Positions 1 through 11,594 of a stretch of DNA of 64,000 nucleotides are shown piece after piece. Position 1 is the first letter of the stretch. Every line of letters begins with the position of its first letter. The position numbers and the translations under genes were made by a program. Origin of the DNA: Octopus sinensis (taxonomy: Eukaryota); the NCBI RefSeq assembly GCF_006345805.1, contig NC_043004.1:48794001-48858000 (forward strand). The letters run 5' to 3'. The notes beneath the pieces were generated by a model that saw only the letters and a program-made list of their open reading frames with translations, made no database searches and had not been told where the DNA came from.

Positions 1-558
1 GCAGCAGAATGGGAGAATTCTCACTTTTGTCTGTCAAGGGGCAGTGTCACTGCTGAGAAAGGACTCAAACAAGGGGAACGTTATAGAGAATTTCAGGCCC
101 ATCACTCTGCTGAATGCAGAGTTGAAGATTTTGGCCAAGGTGTTAGCCAAGAAGTTGGCACTTGTCGTGGACAAACTGGTTGGCGAGGCACAAACATGTG
201 CCATCCCAGCCAGGAGTATTCACGATAACCGCCATCATAGAAAGATGGGTAATGATGCTGGCATGGGTGGGGCTCTGATCAGTTTTGATCAATCTAAAGC
301 CTTTGATAGGGTCGACCATCAATACTTGGCAGCTGTCCTCAAGGCAGCTGGTTTTGGTCCTGTTTTCCATGGTTGGATTGCTGCTTTGTACAGCAGCATT
401 TGCTTGGTTGTTCGGGTGAATGGTCACCTGTTGGAGCCATTCAGCATCTTGCATTCGGTGCGTCAAGATTGTCCTCTCTCTTCTTTTCTGTATGTACTCA
501 CTCTTGAGTCATTACTGTGGAAGTTGGAGGTTTTGAGGGGTATCCTGAATGATCTAGG
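1..558 (+). mobile_element. Tx1/L1-clade non-LTR retrotransposon reverse transcriptase fragment (degenerate)
   Basis: ORF 44..577 has NFRPITLLNAELKILAKVLA, QTCAIPARSIHDN, FDQSKAFDRVDH and VRQDCPLS, matching L1/Tx1 RT motifs. It stops before YADD. Confidence 0.88.
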
Positions 559-1055
559 ATGTGGAACAGAGGAATAGTGATGGCTGTCAGTTCCAAAAGC
601 AACATCTCTGTGGATGGAATGCCACGTCATGTCTTAGATGTTTTTAGGATTGTTGCTTCGTCAGATGATGATTGTGGAGAGGAGGAAGAGAATGAGATTT
701 CCAGCTTAAGAAGATCACAACATGCAAGATGCCCACCTGGGTGGGTGTTAGATTTCGACATGGAGTGAAGTGAAGAGGGGATCTTTGAGATCACGGGGGC
801 GTGTGGGGATGAGCTGGAAAAAGAGAGTCATGACATCAATGGTCAAGGGACTGACCAAAAGAGGAAGTGAAAGAGGGGAAGTGGGGTGAAAATTGGCCTC
901 TTCTTGCCCACCAGAGGCATTGTGAAGGGATGTTAGGGAATTTACACCTGGGTTGGTCAGATAGCAGTTGCTTATATTGGGTGACAGGGTAGGGCAGGAT
1001 CGCCAGAGAGATTACTGCTAGACAGGCAAAGACGAGAGAGGAAGGGAGGCGAACC
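559..1055 (+). mobile_element. Gypsy-like LTR retrotransposon 3' remnant (integrase C-terminus, possible PPT and LTR start)
   Basis: WNRGIVMAVSSKSNISVDGMPRHV resembles an integrase C-terminal domain. A purine-rich tract ending GGGGGCG precedes TGT at 802. A related copy lies on the minus strand at ~1450-1710. Confidence 0.55.
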
Positions 1056-1400
1056 ACTTTTCATTTCCCATGCATGACAATTTCTTAGTTCCAATATCTT
1101 TCAGCCACTTAGGGAGCTGTTTAGGTGTTGTGCCAAGTGCACCAATTACCACAGAAACAAATGTCACGTTCGTCTTCCACAATCTATTCATCTCTCTGGC
1201 TAGGCCTTGATATTTCTTAATTTTCCTAATTTGTTTGATATCTACTCTGCTATCATATGGTATTGCAAAATCTGTAATTTTTCATTATTTTTTCTTTGTC
1301 TTCCTTGCTTCAATAATATATACTGTCTCCTTGCCATGACTTCATGTGCTAGTTATAAATGATTGTCTCTATCCTACAAGCAATGTCTTTCATTTCCAGT
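1056..1400 (-). mobile_element. R4/Dong-like non-LTR element, restriction-like endonuclease C-terminal fragment
   Basis: Minus-strand translation ITDFAIPYDSRVDIKQIRKIKKYQGLAREMNRLWKTNVTFVSVVIGALGTTPK matches the D-x-AIP...K..KY..L...W...VVIGALG signature. Confidence 0.78.
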
Positions 1401-1449
1401 CTTCTATGAAAATATGTCTGGTCTTGGGAAATATTACCATATTTCTCTT

Positions 1450-1710
1450 CCACCTTTCCACAATCATCATCTGACAAAGCGACAATCCTATGAACATCTA
1501 AGACATGACACGGCATTCCATCCACAGAAATGTTGTTTTTGGAATTGACAGCCGTCACTATTCCTCTGTTCCACTGAGTTGTACAGGGTCCCTTCAGTGG
1601 CTTGACCCATACTTCATCTTCCACCTCCACAAAGAAGGGTGCTCACTCTTCAACAGGACATCTTGATGGTTTATTTGGATGCCACCATTCATATTTGAAG
1701 CATGTGAGAG
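1450..1710 (-). mobile_element. Gypsy-like integrase C-terminal fragment (second copy)
   Basis: EVEDEVWVKPLKGPCTTQWNRGIVTAVNSKNNISVDGMPCHV, homologous to 559-690. Confidence 0.6.
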
Positions 1711-1799
1711 CTGGTAACAAGAAGAGCCCCCCTGCTGTTGAAAACTTTGCCTCAAAAGTTATGTTCATCCCATGAAGGCACTGAAAAGTGGACAGTAAA

Positions 1800-2310
1800 C
1801 GAATCATCCTCTAATGCCTGTTTCCTATGCTGGCATGAGTTGGACAGTCTGACAGAAGCTGGCCAGCCAGGGAGCTGTCTCGACTTCAATTATCTGTTTT
1901 GGCATGGCTTCTACAACTTGATACCCTTCCTAATGCCAACCAAATTACAGTGTGCTGGGTACTTTTTACAGGCCACCAGCATGGGTGCATTTAAGCAGCA
2001 CCAGCATGAGTGCATTTTGTGTGGCACTGGTACAGGTGCATTTTACATGACATTAGCACAGGTGATTTTTACATAGCACCAGCACCTACCTGCAAAGGAC
2101 ATGCCTGTGCATATGGATGACCACAACTGTACTTAGCTTGATGCTTCTTCTCAAGTACAGCAAATCACTGCAACTCCCAGTCTCTTGTCATTTCTTCAAT
2201 GAGGCCCTAATCTGAAGATCCTTTTCCACCACTTCATCCTGGGTCTACCCCTTCCACAAGTTCCCTCCACAACTGGAGATTGGCACTTCTTTAAGTAGCT
2301 ATCCTCATCT
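1800..2310 (-). mobile_element. 3' end of an RTE-like LINE with its 3' UTR (source of repeat family B)
   Basis: Minus translation KKCQSPVVEGTCGRGRP, followed by the family B block (TTGGCATTAGGAAGGGTATC...CCAACTCATGCCAGCAT). Confidence 0.65.
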
Positions 2311-2443
2311 ATATAACTATGAAATTATAAAATTAGTATGAAAGCAAATGAAATTATAAAGTTACAAGCATTAAGTAAATTGTATGTTATGAATATTAGG
2401 TGAAAGTTTCATGTAAATGTATTGAATATTAAATAACGTATAT

Positions 2444-2940
2444 CACCTTGATCACCTTGACTGACCAGTCCGTCAGGCGTCCATTTGACACCACTGGTCA
2501 CAGCACGTTGTCCACTCCTCTCTGGATCATGCCTTTCTCATCCACGTGATCCCAATCGTCCTCCTGAAATCGTAACTCCACCGTTATGGAGGCCTTCCAG
2601 GTGGTCGTTTCCGCTCACATGGGTACCACTCGACAACTGTGTGGGTCCACCGATTATCGGTGAGCCGGGCGACGTGTCCAGCCCATCTAAACTTACTGCG
2701 TGTACATTCTGCAATGACATCCCTCACGCCGGACGTCTCTCCTGTGACCTTGCTGCTGATGTGCTCTCTCAACGAGATACCAAGCATTGACCTTTCCATG
2801 GCTCTTTGAGCCGTTACCAGTCTCTGCTCTTCTCTCTTTGTGGTAGCCCATGTTTCACTACCATATAACATTGCAGGTAGAACTGTACTGTTGATGAGGT
2901 TGGCATGGGTGGTCTTGTCCAACCTTCCCTTGAGCACATC
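2444..2940 (-). mobile_element. 5'-truncated RTE-clade LINE (post-RT C-terminus and 3' tail)
   Basis: ORF 2584..2937 VLPAMLYGSETW...AQRAMERSMLG...KFRWAGHVAR..DNRWT...KRPPGRPP; tandem tail (TCAAGGTGA)2. Confidence 0.88.
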
Positions 2941-3213
2941 CCTTATATATTTACTCTAATAAATAACGTGTATATGACCAGCTGAAAATCAGTCGTTTCA
3001 TCTGAGTAAATGGGAGAAAACTGTATGGAAGACATGTCATTAGAGTTTATTTATTTTGTGAACCATTTGCTGTGAATGAATGTACATACATGCATACATA
3101 CTTACACGTACACAATGTATGTATATAAAAATATATTTATTTAGTAGTGCTTGCTGAGAGCAAAGTAGATTACAAACTACAGAGAGAACTTGCCGCAAAT
3201 CAGCAGAATAATT

Positions 3214-3284
3214 TGTGTGTGTGTGCACGCGTGCATGTGTGTGTGTGTGTGCGCGTGTGTGTGTGTGTGTGTGTTTGTGTGTGC

Positions 3285-3320
<36 letters not shown>

Positions 3321-3348
3321 GTGCGTGCGTGTGTGTGTGTGTGTGTGT
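3214..3348. repeat. (TG)n microsatellite
   Basis: Direct reading. Confidence 0.95.
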
Positions 3349-4224
3349 TGATATAAACATTTCAGAGGTTTTCTCTTAACTTTGAACAAAACTTATTTAC
3401 CAGAGATATTTGAAACTGATGTAAAAATTTGCAGTCTTCATCACTGATTAATCTTCTCTCTGTGGAATCTGACCATTTTTTTTTGTTCTATTTCTTTCTT
3501 TTTATCATTTCTTTTTTTTTTTTGTTTTTGGTTTATTTTATCAGAATTTCATTAATTTTTTTTTATTTCAACCATTTTGGAATTGTCAATCTCTCCTAGA
3601 ATCATTATCACCAGAGTGTGTTTTAAAGTTTTTGAAAGTAATTAAAGGACAATATATAGCCAAAGGTTCTGTATATTGAGTTTCAGATAAGGAAATTTTT
3701 GTTTTTTTGTTTTTAGTCTTTTGTTATTTTATTCATTTTTGTTTTTGAAAAGACAAAATGAGTAGAAATATATTTCATGTATTCTGACAAAAGAAACTTT
3801 ACCATGTAATGTCGACTGTATTGTTTAGTTCACTCATGAGGTTTGATAATCTTCCAACTCATTGTACAAATGTGTGTTGGATCTATCGACAAACTTTCCT
3901 CTCCCATGTACTGCCTTTTTCAAGTATGTGTTTAATTCTTTTACTTTTGTTGCAGTTGTTGGTGCCATCTACCAATCACTGTTAGCCAAATAGATATAGT
4001 ACAGGATTACCAGTTCAATACACACATACACACACACAGGTACAATATGCATTGCTGTGTGGCTGTGTGGGTAAGGAACTTGCTCTCCAGCCATGTGGTT
4101 TCACATTCAGTTCCACTACTTGGTATCTTGGCCAGGTTTTCTACTATAGTTCTGGGCCAACTGAGGCCCAGGGCTATAGTATATGTACATATACACACAT
4201 ACACATACATGTGTCTAGGGTGCT

Positions 4225-4581
4225 AAGAGCACCATCCGAGCGTGATCGTTGCCAGAGCAGCTAACTGGCTTCCATGCTGGTGGCACATAAAAGGCACCAT
4301 GCGAGCGTGATCATTACCAGCGTTGCCTCACTGGCACATGAAAAAACATTCAAGCGAGGTTGTTGCCAGTACCACCTGACTGGCCCCCATGCTGGTGGCA
4401 CATAAAAGCACCCACTACACTCTCGAAGTTGTTGGCATTAAGAAGGGCATCCAGCTGTAGAGACTCCGTCAGATCAAGATTGGAGCCTGGTGCAGCCATC
4501 TGGTTCGCCAGCCCTCAGTCAAATCGTCCAACCCATGCACTAGCATGGAAAGCGGATGTTAAACGATGATGATGATGATGA

Positions 4582-4583
<2 letters not shown>
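4225..4583 (+). mobile_element. Family B retroposon (LINE 3'-UTR-like, (GAT)n tail)
   Basis: Conserved GGCATCCAGCTGTAGA...CCAACCCATGC..GCATGGAAAGCGGA.GTTAAACGATGATG. Further copies at about 5750-6000(-), 9130-9333(+), 29335-29870(-), 30523-30970(-), 31220-31522(+), 32770-32970(+), 33290-33527(+), 34270-34455(+), 41800-42145(+), 48053-48316(-), 48615-48718(+), 48783-48975(-). Confidence 0.8.
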
Positions 4584-4643
<60 letters not shown>

Positions 4644-4815
4644 ATGTATGTATGTATATGTATGTATGTATATGTATGTATGTATATGTATGTATATGTA
4701 TGTATGTATATGTATGTATGTATATGTATGTATGTGTATGTATGTATATGTATGTATGTATGTATGTGTATGTATGTATGTGTATGTATGTATATATATA
4801 TATATGTATATATAC
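4584..4815. repeat. (TA)n/(TATG)n compound microsatellite
   Basis: Direct reading. Confidence 0.95.
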
Positions 4816-5495
4816 TTTTATGTATTTGTGTTACAACATTCTTGATGTGAAAACGTATGTTAAAACAGATATTTCTATCCTTAAGGATGGTCATCTTTTG
4901 CCAATTAAATACACATACTATTTATTTGATCTTCACTTTGGTTTTATTATTATTATTATTATTATTATATTTAGTTTGTATGTCAAAGTTCTTTCACCAC
5001 ATATTCTATGACCTCGTCAGCAACTTTCCATCCCATGTTTCCTCTTGTCTGACCTATTCTATTTTGTCTTTCTGTTGTATGCATGTCTATTTGCACATGC
5101 ATGCATGTTTGTTTGTATCTGTGTGTGTGCATTTGTGTGTGTCTATTTAGTAAATGTGTCTTGTGTGCGTATATATATATATATATATATATATAGGTTT
5201 GTATATTACACTGTATTTATGTCTTTTAAATAAAATATATGTGTGTATGTGTATATGTGTGTGCAAGTGCGTCTGTGACATCTCTTCTTGACATCACATG
5301 ATAGTTGTAAGTGAGAATTACCTTCATACAAGTAAGTACTGTTTGTTTCCAGTCTTCCATGGAAAAATATTACCTTGCTTGGAAACAAGTGAGTGTTGGC
5401 AACTGGAAGGGAATCTACCTTTAAAAATTTACCTCAGTGATTTCCGTTTGATCCTTGCATGGGGAAGTAGATATTAAAGCTTCAATAATGATATC

Positions 5496-5728
5496 TATTT
5501 CTTTACTACCCACAAGGGGCTAAACACAGAGAGGACAAACAAGGACAGATAAAGTTATTGAGTCAATTACATCGACCCCAGTGTGTAACTGGCACTTATT
5601 TAATTGACCCCGAAAGGATGAAAGGCAAAGTCGACCTTGGCGGAATTTGAACTCAGAACGTAACGGCAGACGAAATACAGCTACGCATTTCGCCCGGCGT
5701 GCTAACGTTTCTGCCAGCTCACCGGAAA
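5496..5728 (-). mobile_element. SINE family C (tRNA-like head, GGTCGACTTTGCCTTTCATCCTTTCGGGGTCGAT central domain)
   Basis: 20-bp TSD AAAGCTTCAATAATGATATC at 5476-5495 and 5729-5748. The central block resembles the Meta-type SINE domain (from memory). Confidence 0.88.
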
Positions 5729-7140
5729 AAAGCTTCAATAATGATATCATCATCATCATATCATCATTTAATGTCCACCTTCCATGTTGGCATGGGTTGC
5801 ATAGTTTGACAGGAGATGGTCAGACATGAACCTGCACCAGAATTCTGGGTCTGTTTTGGCACAGTTTTTACAGCTGGATGCCCTTCCTAACATCAACCAT
5901 CCAGCAGAGTGGACTAAGTGCTTTTTATGTGGCACAAACACAGGTGAGGCTAGTTTTGGCCCCGTTTTTACAGCTGGATGCTCTTCCAAACTCCAGCCAC
6001 TTAACAGTCATATGTTGTTTTAGATTTGAGCACATCAGCCATGTTGCTCTGTACTTGTGCAGTATTATTCAATTTTCCATTGCTTCAGTTGTCAGAAATA
6101 TGTGCACCAGATCATCTGGGAATGTTATCTGGGATAGCTTGGTGACCTCTCCAACAGGAGGAGAGTTATCTACTTAACATTGTGAAACTTGAGCTGAAAT
6201 TGAGTCATAAAAGTACCTTTGGACCCAGAAGCCATTTGCATTAACCAATCTTTACCAAGTGAAGAATGTAGTTTAGCAGAAGTAGTTGCAAATTTTAGAT
6301 TGAGAAGACAAAGTGGTAGGATGATGTTGTGAATGTGAAACTTCCAGACCAGGTACATTTATATCAGTAGAGAACTGAGCAAGAGAACTGTGTTACAGAG
6401 AGAGGTGACAGCTGAACTTAGAAAGATGCCACTGATTAGTTTGTGGGTGAAGCAGGACTTCAGCTGGCTGGTTGCTATAGAAGTTAAATGACCAGCATAG
6501 AAAGAGAAGTGGTAAAAAAAAGAGTAGTTAGTTGTAATATCAAGAAGCTAGATAGGAAGCGAGATTATTTACATTATTTACATTTGACAGATATTTGTCC
6601 TCATCTTGTTTGTTGTTTTCTCAACGTTTCAGCTGATATACTCTCCAGCCTTCATCAGGTTTCTTGGGGAAATTTCAAACCTGGGTTCTCATTCCTAAGG
6701 TATTTTTCGATGTCGTTGTTGTTGTTGTAAAACCATCAATAAAAGAGAATATGACCAAAGACTGCGTGTACTCCTTTCCATGCAGCTGTGGTAGGTTATA
6801 CAAAGGCGAAACATGCCGCGCCCTCAAAATAAGGGTAGAGCTGATTATGTATGGAGAAATGGAGACCATCTCCCCCTGTGGGATGAAGTTAAAATAATAG
6901 ACAGAGAACACCACTAGAAAGAAGCAGCACATATGCTAGGATATTAAAACCTCCTAAGCAGACCGAGTGCAGATATGAGTAGCTTATGGGAACTGGTATT
7001 AAGGAAAGATAAGAAAGAAGAAGAAGAAGGAGGAGGAGGAGAAGATTGAAAAATATGAGTAGCTTATGGGAACTGGTATTAAGGAAGGATAGGAAAATAT
7101 TATATTTATAAGCCCTAAAATTCATTCCATAATTACCCAT

Positions 7141-7215
7141 GGGCATATGGCATAGTGGTTAAGAGCATGGGCTACTAACCCTAAGATTCTGAGTTCGACT
7201 TCAGGCAGTGACCTG
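7141..7215 (+). promoter_or_regulatory. tRNA-like head with Pol III A and B boxes
   Basis: A box TGGCATAGTGG, B box GAGTTCGACT, anticodon-like stem GGG-CTACTAA-CCC. The acceptor stem is poor, so it is not a tRNA gene. Confidence 0.65.
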
Positions 7216-7254
7216 AAGGAGAAGAAGAAGAACCTAGGTTCGAAATTTCCCCAA

Positions 7255-7300
7255 GACACCTGATGAAGGCTGGAGAGTATATCAGCTGAAACGTTGTGTT
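7255..7300 (+). ncRNA. Minimal type I hammerhead ribozyme (Penelope-type)
   Basis: GACAC-CUGAUGA-A-GGCUG(loop)CAGCU-GAAA-CG-UU-GUGUU: stem I GACAC/GUGUU, stem II GGCUG/CAGCU, canonical core, palindromic AACGUU in place of stem III. The inverted copy at ~6620-6662 has a broken stem I. Confidence 0.75.
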
Positions 7301-7561
7301 AACAACAAACAAGGTGTCAAATGTAAATAATGTACATAATTCTTCATGTCTCAAATATAGAACTGTTGGAAGCAAGATATCACATACATCTGCCAAGGGA
7401 AGAAAGTGTTAGATAAAAATTTATCAATGTTTCATAGTGTGAAGATGAGAGTTGTGAATGTTTCAGATTGCATAGCAGTATGCTTCTTTTCAGTTTAAGT
7501 GGAAAGAAAGTAGTGACATTGTTATATCCTCGCCATCAAAGCGGCGGCAGTGATAGAAATC

Positions 7562-7790
7562 TTGACCCTTTAGTATTCAGATTACTCTGTCAAATGTAAT
7601 TCTTATTTATTCACGTTGTCTTGAATTAACCATGCATTATCTTGTAGTTTGGGGATTTTAACGAAGTAATTGTCTATTTTTAGAATGCCTTTGTAGGGTA
7701 AATGTGAGAAGCCAGATCTGGTTGGTTTCAACAGAAAAATATGTAGAATATTTGGGCTGGATACAGATAGTACAAATGCTAAAGAGTTAA
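7562..7790. mobile_element. piggyBac-type MITE family 2 (degenerate)
   Basis: TTGA-CCCTTTAG...CTAAAGAG-TTAA; same family as 21576-21804. Confidence 0.7.
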
Positions 7791-8230
7791 ACAAATGAAT
7801 CATGCCTTGAAAATAGCTGAGTTTTTGTAAAGTTAGAACAGGAAAGAATTAGCTTGGATAAAATGCAATTTTGCTTTGTGCCAAATTGTAGAACCATAGC
7901 AACTATATTTTCAGTTAGACAACTGCACAAAAAAAATTCTTTGAATTTATTGATCTGTGAAAGACATTTGGCAGTATCTTTCACTCTGTAGCCTGGTGAA
8001 TGCCACTGAAACTAGTTCTATATAAATGTCTTCTGAGTAGCAAGTAAACCATGTACAGGATGGTTGTTATAAGTTAGGTTTGCTGCCTAGATAAAGTAGG
8101 AATTTGGTGTAGAAGGAGATCCTCACATGGTTCTGCAACCACAATTTCTTTTATTTATTATAGTTATTGGACCTATAACATAAGAGTTTAGGTCCACTGT
8201 TCATGTGCACATATATTATATAAATAAGTA

Positions 8231-8389
8231 TAGGCGTAGCTGTGAGGTAAGAAGTTTGCTTCCCAGCCACATGGTTCTGGGTTCAGTCCCACTGCATGGT
8301 ACCTTGGGCAAATGTCTTCTAAAATAGCCTTGGGTTGACCAAAGCCTTGTGAGTGGATTTGGTAGACAGAAACTGAAAGAAGCTCGTTG

Positions 8390-8428
<39 letters not shown>

Positions 8429-8620
8429 GTGTCTCTGTTTGTCCCCCTACTGTTGCTTGACAACTGATGTTAGTGTGTTTATGTCCCCTGTAACTTAACA
8501 GTTTGGCAAAAGGGACTGATAGAATAAGTATCAAGTTTACAAAGGATAAGTCCTGGGGTTGATGTGTTCGACTAAAATGCAGTGCTCCAGCATGGCCACT
8601 GTCAAATGAGTGAAACAAAT
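8231..8620 (+). mobile_element. SINE family A (tRNA head, CORE-like block, internal TA/TG microsatellite, (TAAAAGAG)n tail)
   Basis: Family consensus A box TGGCTGTGTGG, B box GGTTCAGTCCC, CORE-like ACCTTGGGCAAGTGTCTT. Partial or degenerate copies also at ~4053, 14655, 22520, 39925-40630, 41500-41770, 43370-43770, 55150-55300 and 62740-63190. Confidence 0.85.
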
Positions 8621-8719
8621 TAATATGAAATTATAAAAAATATATATATACGAAGGAGAAAGATTTATCCACTAGGGGTGAGGGTATACATACACACACA
8701 CACATACATACACACATAT

Positions 8720-9057
8720 AGTGAAGTGCATAACTCAGTGTTTAGAGTGTCAAGCTTACAATGGTGAGGTTATGTGTTTGATTCCTGGACTGGGCTGTAT
8801 GTTGTGTTCAAGAGTAAAGCACTTTATTTCATGTTGTTCCAGTTCACTCAGCTGTAGAAATGAGTTGCAACATCACTAATGCCAAGCTGTATCGGCCCTT
8901 GCCTCTCCCTTGGACAACATTGGTGGCATGGAGAGAGGAGGCTGGTATGCATGAGCGACTGCTGGTCTTCCATAAACAACCTAGCCTAGACTTGTGCACC
9001 GGAAGGGAACTTTCTAGGTACAATCTCATGGCCATTCATGACCAAAGGAGGTCTTTG

Positions 9058-9060
<3 letters not shown>
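8720..9060 (+). mobile_element. tRNA-derived SINE (family D-type head, distinct tail)
   Basis: GTGAAGTGCATAACTCAGTGTTTAGAG head; closely related copy at ~44270-44580. Confidence 0.72.
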
Positions 9061-9127
<67 letters not shown>

Positions 9128-9331
9128 TGGCCGATGCCAGCCTCGCCTGGCACCAGTGCAGGTAGCACGTAAAAAGCACCCACTACACTCACGGAGTGGT
9201 TGGCGTTAGGAAGGGCATCCAGCTGTAGAAACATTGCGGAGCCAGGTGCAGCCTTCTGGCTTCCCAGATCCCGGTCGAACCGTCCAACCCATGCTAGCAT
9301 GGAGAACGGACGTTAAACGATGATGATGATG

Positions 9332-9373
<42 letters not shown>

Positions 9374-9880
9374 TGTGATAGTTGAGTCCATCAGGATTGT
9401 AGAAAGAAATTTAAACATAGGAGCATGTCCACAGCAGTCACAAGCAAACTGGCCTGTAGGACATTCTGAATAGCACACCCATGAAAAATTACCTTAAATT
9501 ATTTGAGTGTTGTGGCCTGCCTGATGATGAATTATGTCTCATGCAACCCACACCTTCAAAAAGGTTACCTATGTCAGGTCTAGAGATTGAAGGTTGAAAA
9601 GACAAAGACCAAATTGCTCCTTAGTAAGAGTAAGCACAAAATCCTTGTGTCATTTGGGCAGGGTACTTGCTCAAAGGAGTAGACTGAAACTCAATACAGT
9701 GCAAAAAGAGAGATGTGATAGATGTGCAGGGATAATAGTAGTTAAATCATTTGTAAAATGGTAAAATCAATCGACTGTTCAGGTAATGTATATTGATAGT
9801 TTTTGTTTTTAAAGTGATCTAATTAGTATTTAGGGTTGGCTGTAGTGATGGTGTTGCAGTTAGAATAATAGTTGTTTTGT

Positions 9881-10109
9881 TTAACCCTTTTGTTACCAAC
9901 CCGGCTGAAACCGCCTCTGACTCTGTAGTATAAATGTCTTGTTTTCATAAGTTTTGAACTAAAATCTTCCATCAAACCTTAGTCACAATTTACATTCCTA
10001 ACACTAGCTTAATGATAACTAAGTTATTTTACTAAATTCTTTGTTATATGTAAAGTAATTGAAAGAAATACAGAGCATCTCAAAATAAATACAGTAATGA
10101 AAGGGTTAA
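9881..10109. mobile_element. piggyBac-type MITE family 1
   Basis: TTAA TSD and CCCTTT..TTAC / GTAA..AAAGGG termini; near-identical copy at 49978-50206. Confidence 0.88.
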
Positions 10110-10399
10110 TGTCTGTCTGTGCTGGTATGTTTTACAATGGGTTAATAGAGGTAGGATTTTTATGATCTGATGATCTTCTTTTCATCAACACTTACCTCTT
10201 TTCCAGTGAGAGATCTTTATTTTACTCCTGAGGAACTTAAAAGTGCAGAGCTTGTGGACAGTTTGTTGACATTAAATATCAACAAATGGCACCTTTTGCA
10301 ACCTAAGGTTAGCTTAGTTTGTAAATGTTCATACATATGCACACATATCCGCACACACATACACACACATACAAAAGAGGCTTTAGAGACTGTTTGCAC

Positions 10400-10620
10400 A
10401 TGTTGACAACAAAAGGGTCTTCCTTCTGTGTAAAAGATAAACTCTATGAAGCATGTGTAAGTGTCATAGGACATGGTAGCGAAACACAAGATATGCATGA
10501 AGTATTGAATGTAAATGGTATGTAGAGGTGGGAGAGAAATGTGTGTATGTTATGGATGAGAAATGTTAACCTACATGAGAGATGTTGGACATAGGTGAAT
10601 TGAGAAAATGCCTGAATAGG
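10400..10620 (+). mobile_element. Old RTE-like LINE fragment
   Basis: TTKGSSFCVKDKLYEACVSVIGHGSET is a degenerate LY..CV...LHGSETW motif. Related debris at ~9560-9870 and 45890-46440. Confidence 0.55.
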
Positions 10621-10645
10621 GAATATATCAGCTGATATATATATA

Positions 10646-11515
10646 CGTGGTCTGATCAACAAGTATCTGGAACGTTGCCATAATAACGAATCTAAAGCAC
10701 ACAGAGTAAAGCCACTTGGCACACATTGACCTTGAACTCTGCTGTGCATGTGCACTAAGTTTTAATGTTCTGTTTACAGCAGTGCTTGAAAGGAAGGTGT
10801 GTAGCATGTGATCATTGCCTTGGCCATGTCAGAGAAAGTTGAGCAGAGAAGCTGTATCAAATTTTGCTAAAAGCTTGGTGATACCTGTTCAGAGGCCTAC
10901 GCAAAGTTTTCAAAAAGTTTTCATTATTCTTGACTCAATCAAAGAGATCTTGTGCAACTGAAACCCAAGTGTCTTCTTGGTCAGCTGAAAGCAGTTTTTG
11001 CACAAACTTGGTAGACATGTATCTCATACCCAAATCTTCAGTGATAATGGACGGAACTGAACCATAAATAATCTTCACATCCTCTGATAACTCATGGATG
11101 GTGATTCGACGATTTCCCCTCACAGCTCCATGCACATCTGCAATGTTTTTCTCAGTTCTGCCGGTTGTGGGTTTCCCAGTATGCTTGTCAATATTGACAT
11201 TTTTCGGCTATCTTGGAAATGTCTGAACCACTCATACACTTGTGAGCAGCTCATACATTCCTCTCCATACACTTTCTGCAACTTTGCTCCATGGCAATAC
11301 CATGACAACTTTCTCTGTTATGGTCAATGTGATGATCACACACTACACACCTTCCTTTCAAGCACTGTTGTAAACAGTGGAAGTGAGCTAGAATGTTAAA
11401 ACTTAGTGCACATGCACAGCAGAGTTCAAGGTCAATCTTTGCCAAGCAGTTTCACTCTGCATGCTTTAGCTTTGTTACTATGGCAACAGTCCGGATACTT
11501 ATTGATTAGACCTCG
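10646..11515 (-). mobile_element. Mariner derivative built from two 5' ends in inverted orientation
   Basis: TA flanks; TIR CGTGGTCTGATCAA / TTGATTAGACCTCG extends into ~200-bp inverted arms. Minus-strand transposase remnants VYGEECMSCSQVYEWFRHF and NRRITIHELSE...KFVQKLL. Confidence 0.82.
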
Positions 11516-11594
11516 TATATATAAGAGTGGATTAGAAAAATTGTGTTAAATGGGCATTATCATCATGTTCTGTGCTGGTTTGACAAAATCCAGT

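Larger units (their letters stand above)
6565..7345 (+). mobile_element. Penelope-like element remnant: GIY-YIG endonuclease fragment between inverted pseudo-LTR copies
   Basis: KDCVYSFPCSCGRLYKGETCRALKIRVE is a Penelope GIY-YIG motif. 6565-6689 is the reverse complement of about 7229-7340. Confidence 0.85.

Noticed and set aside
3040-5011. ORFs rich in HT, CV, YI or MY repeats (also 56782-57324 and 59693-60227)
   Set aside because: Translations of microsatellites.
7141-7215. Functional tRNA gene (likewise SINE heads at 19127 and 59022)
   Set aside because: Acceptor stems do not form, no T-run terminator follows, and the heads are embedded in repeats.
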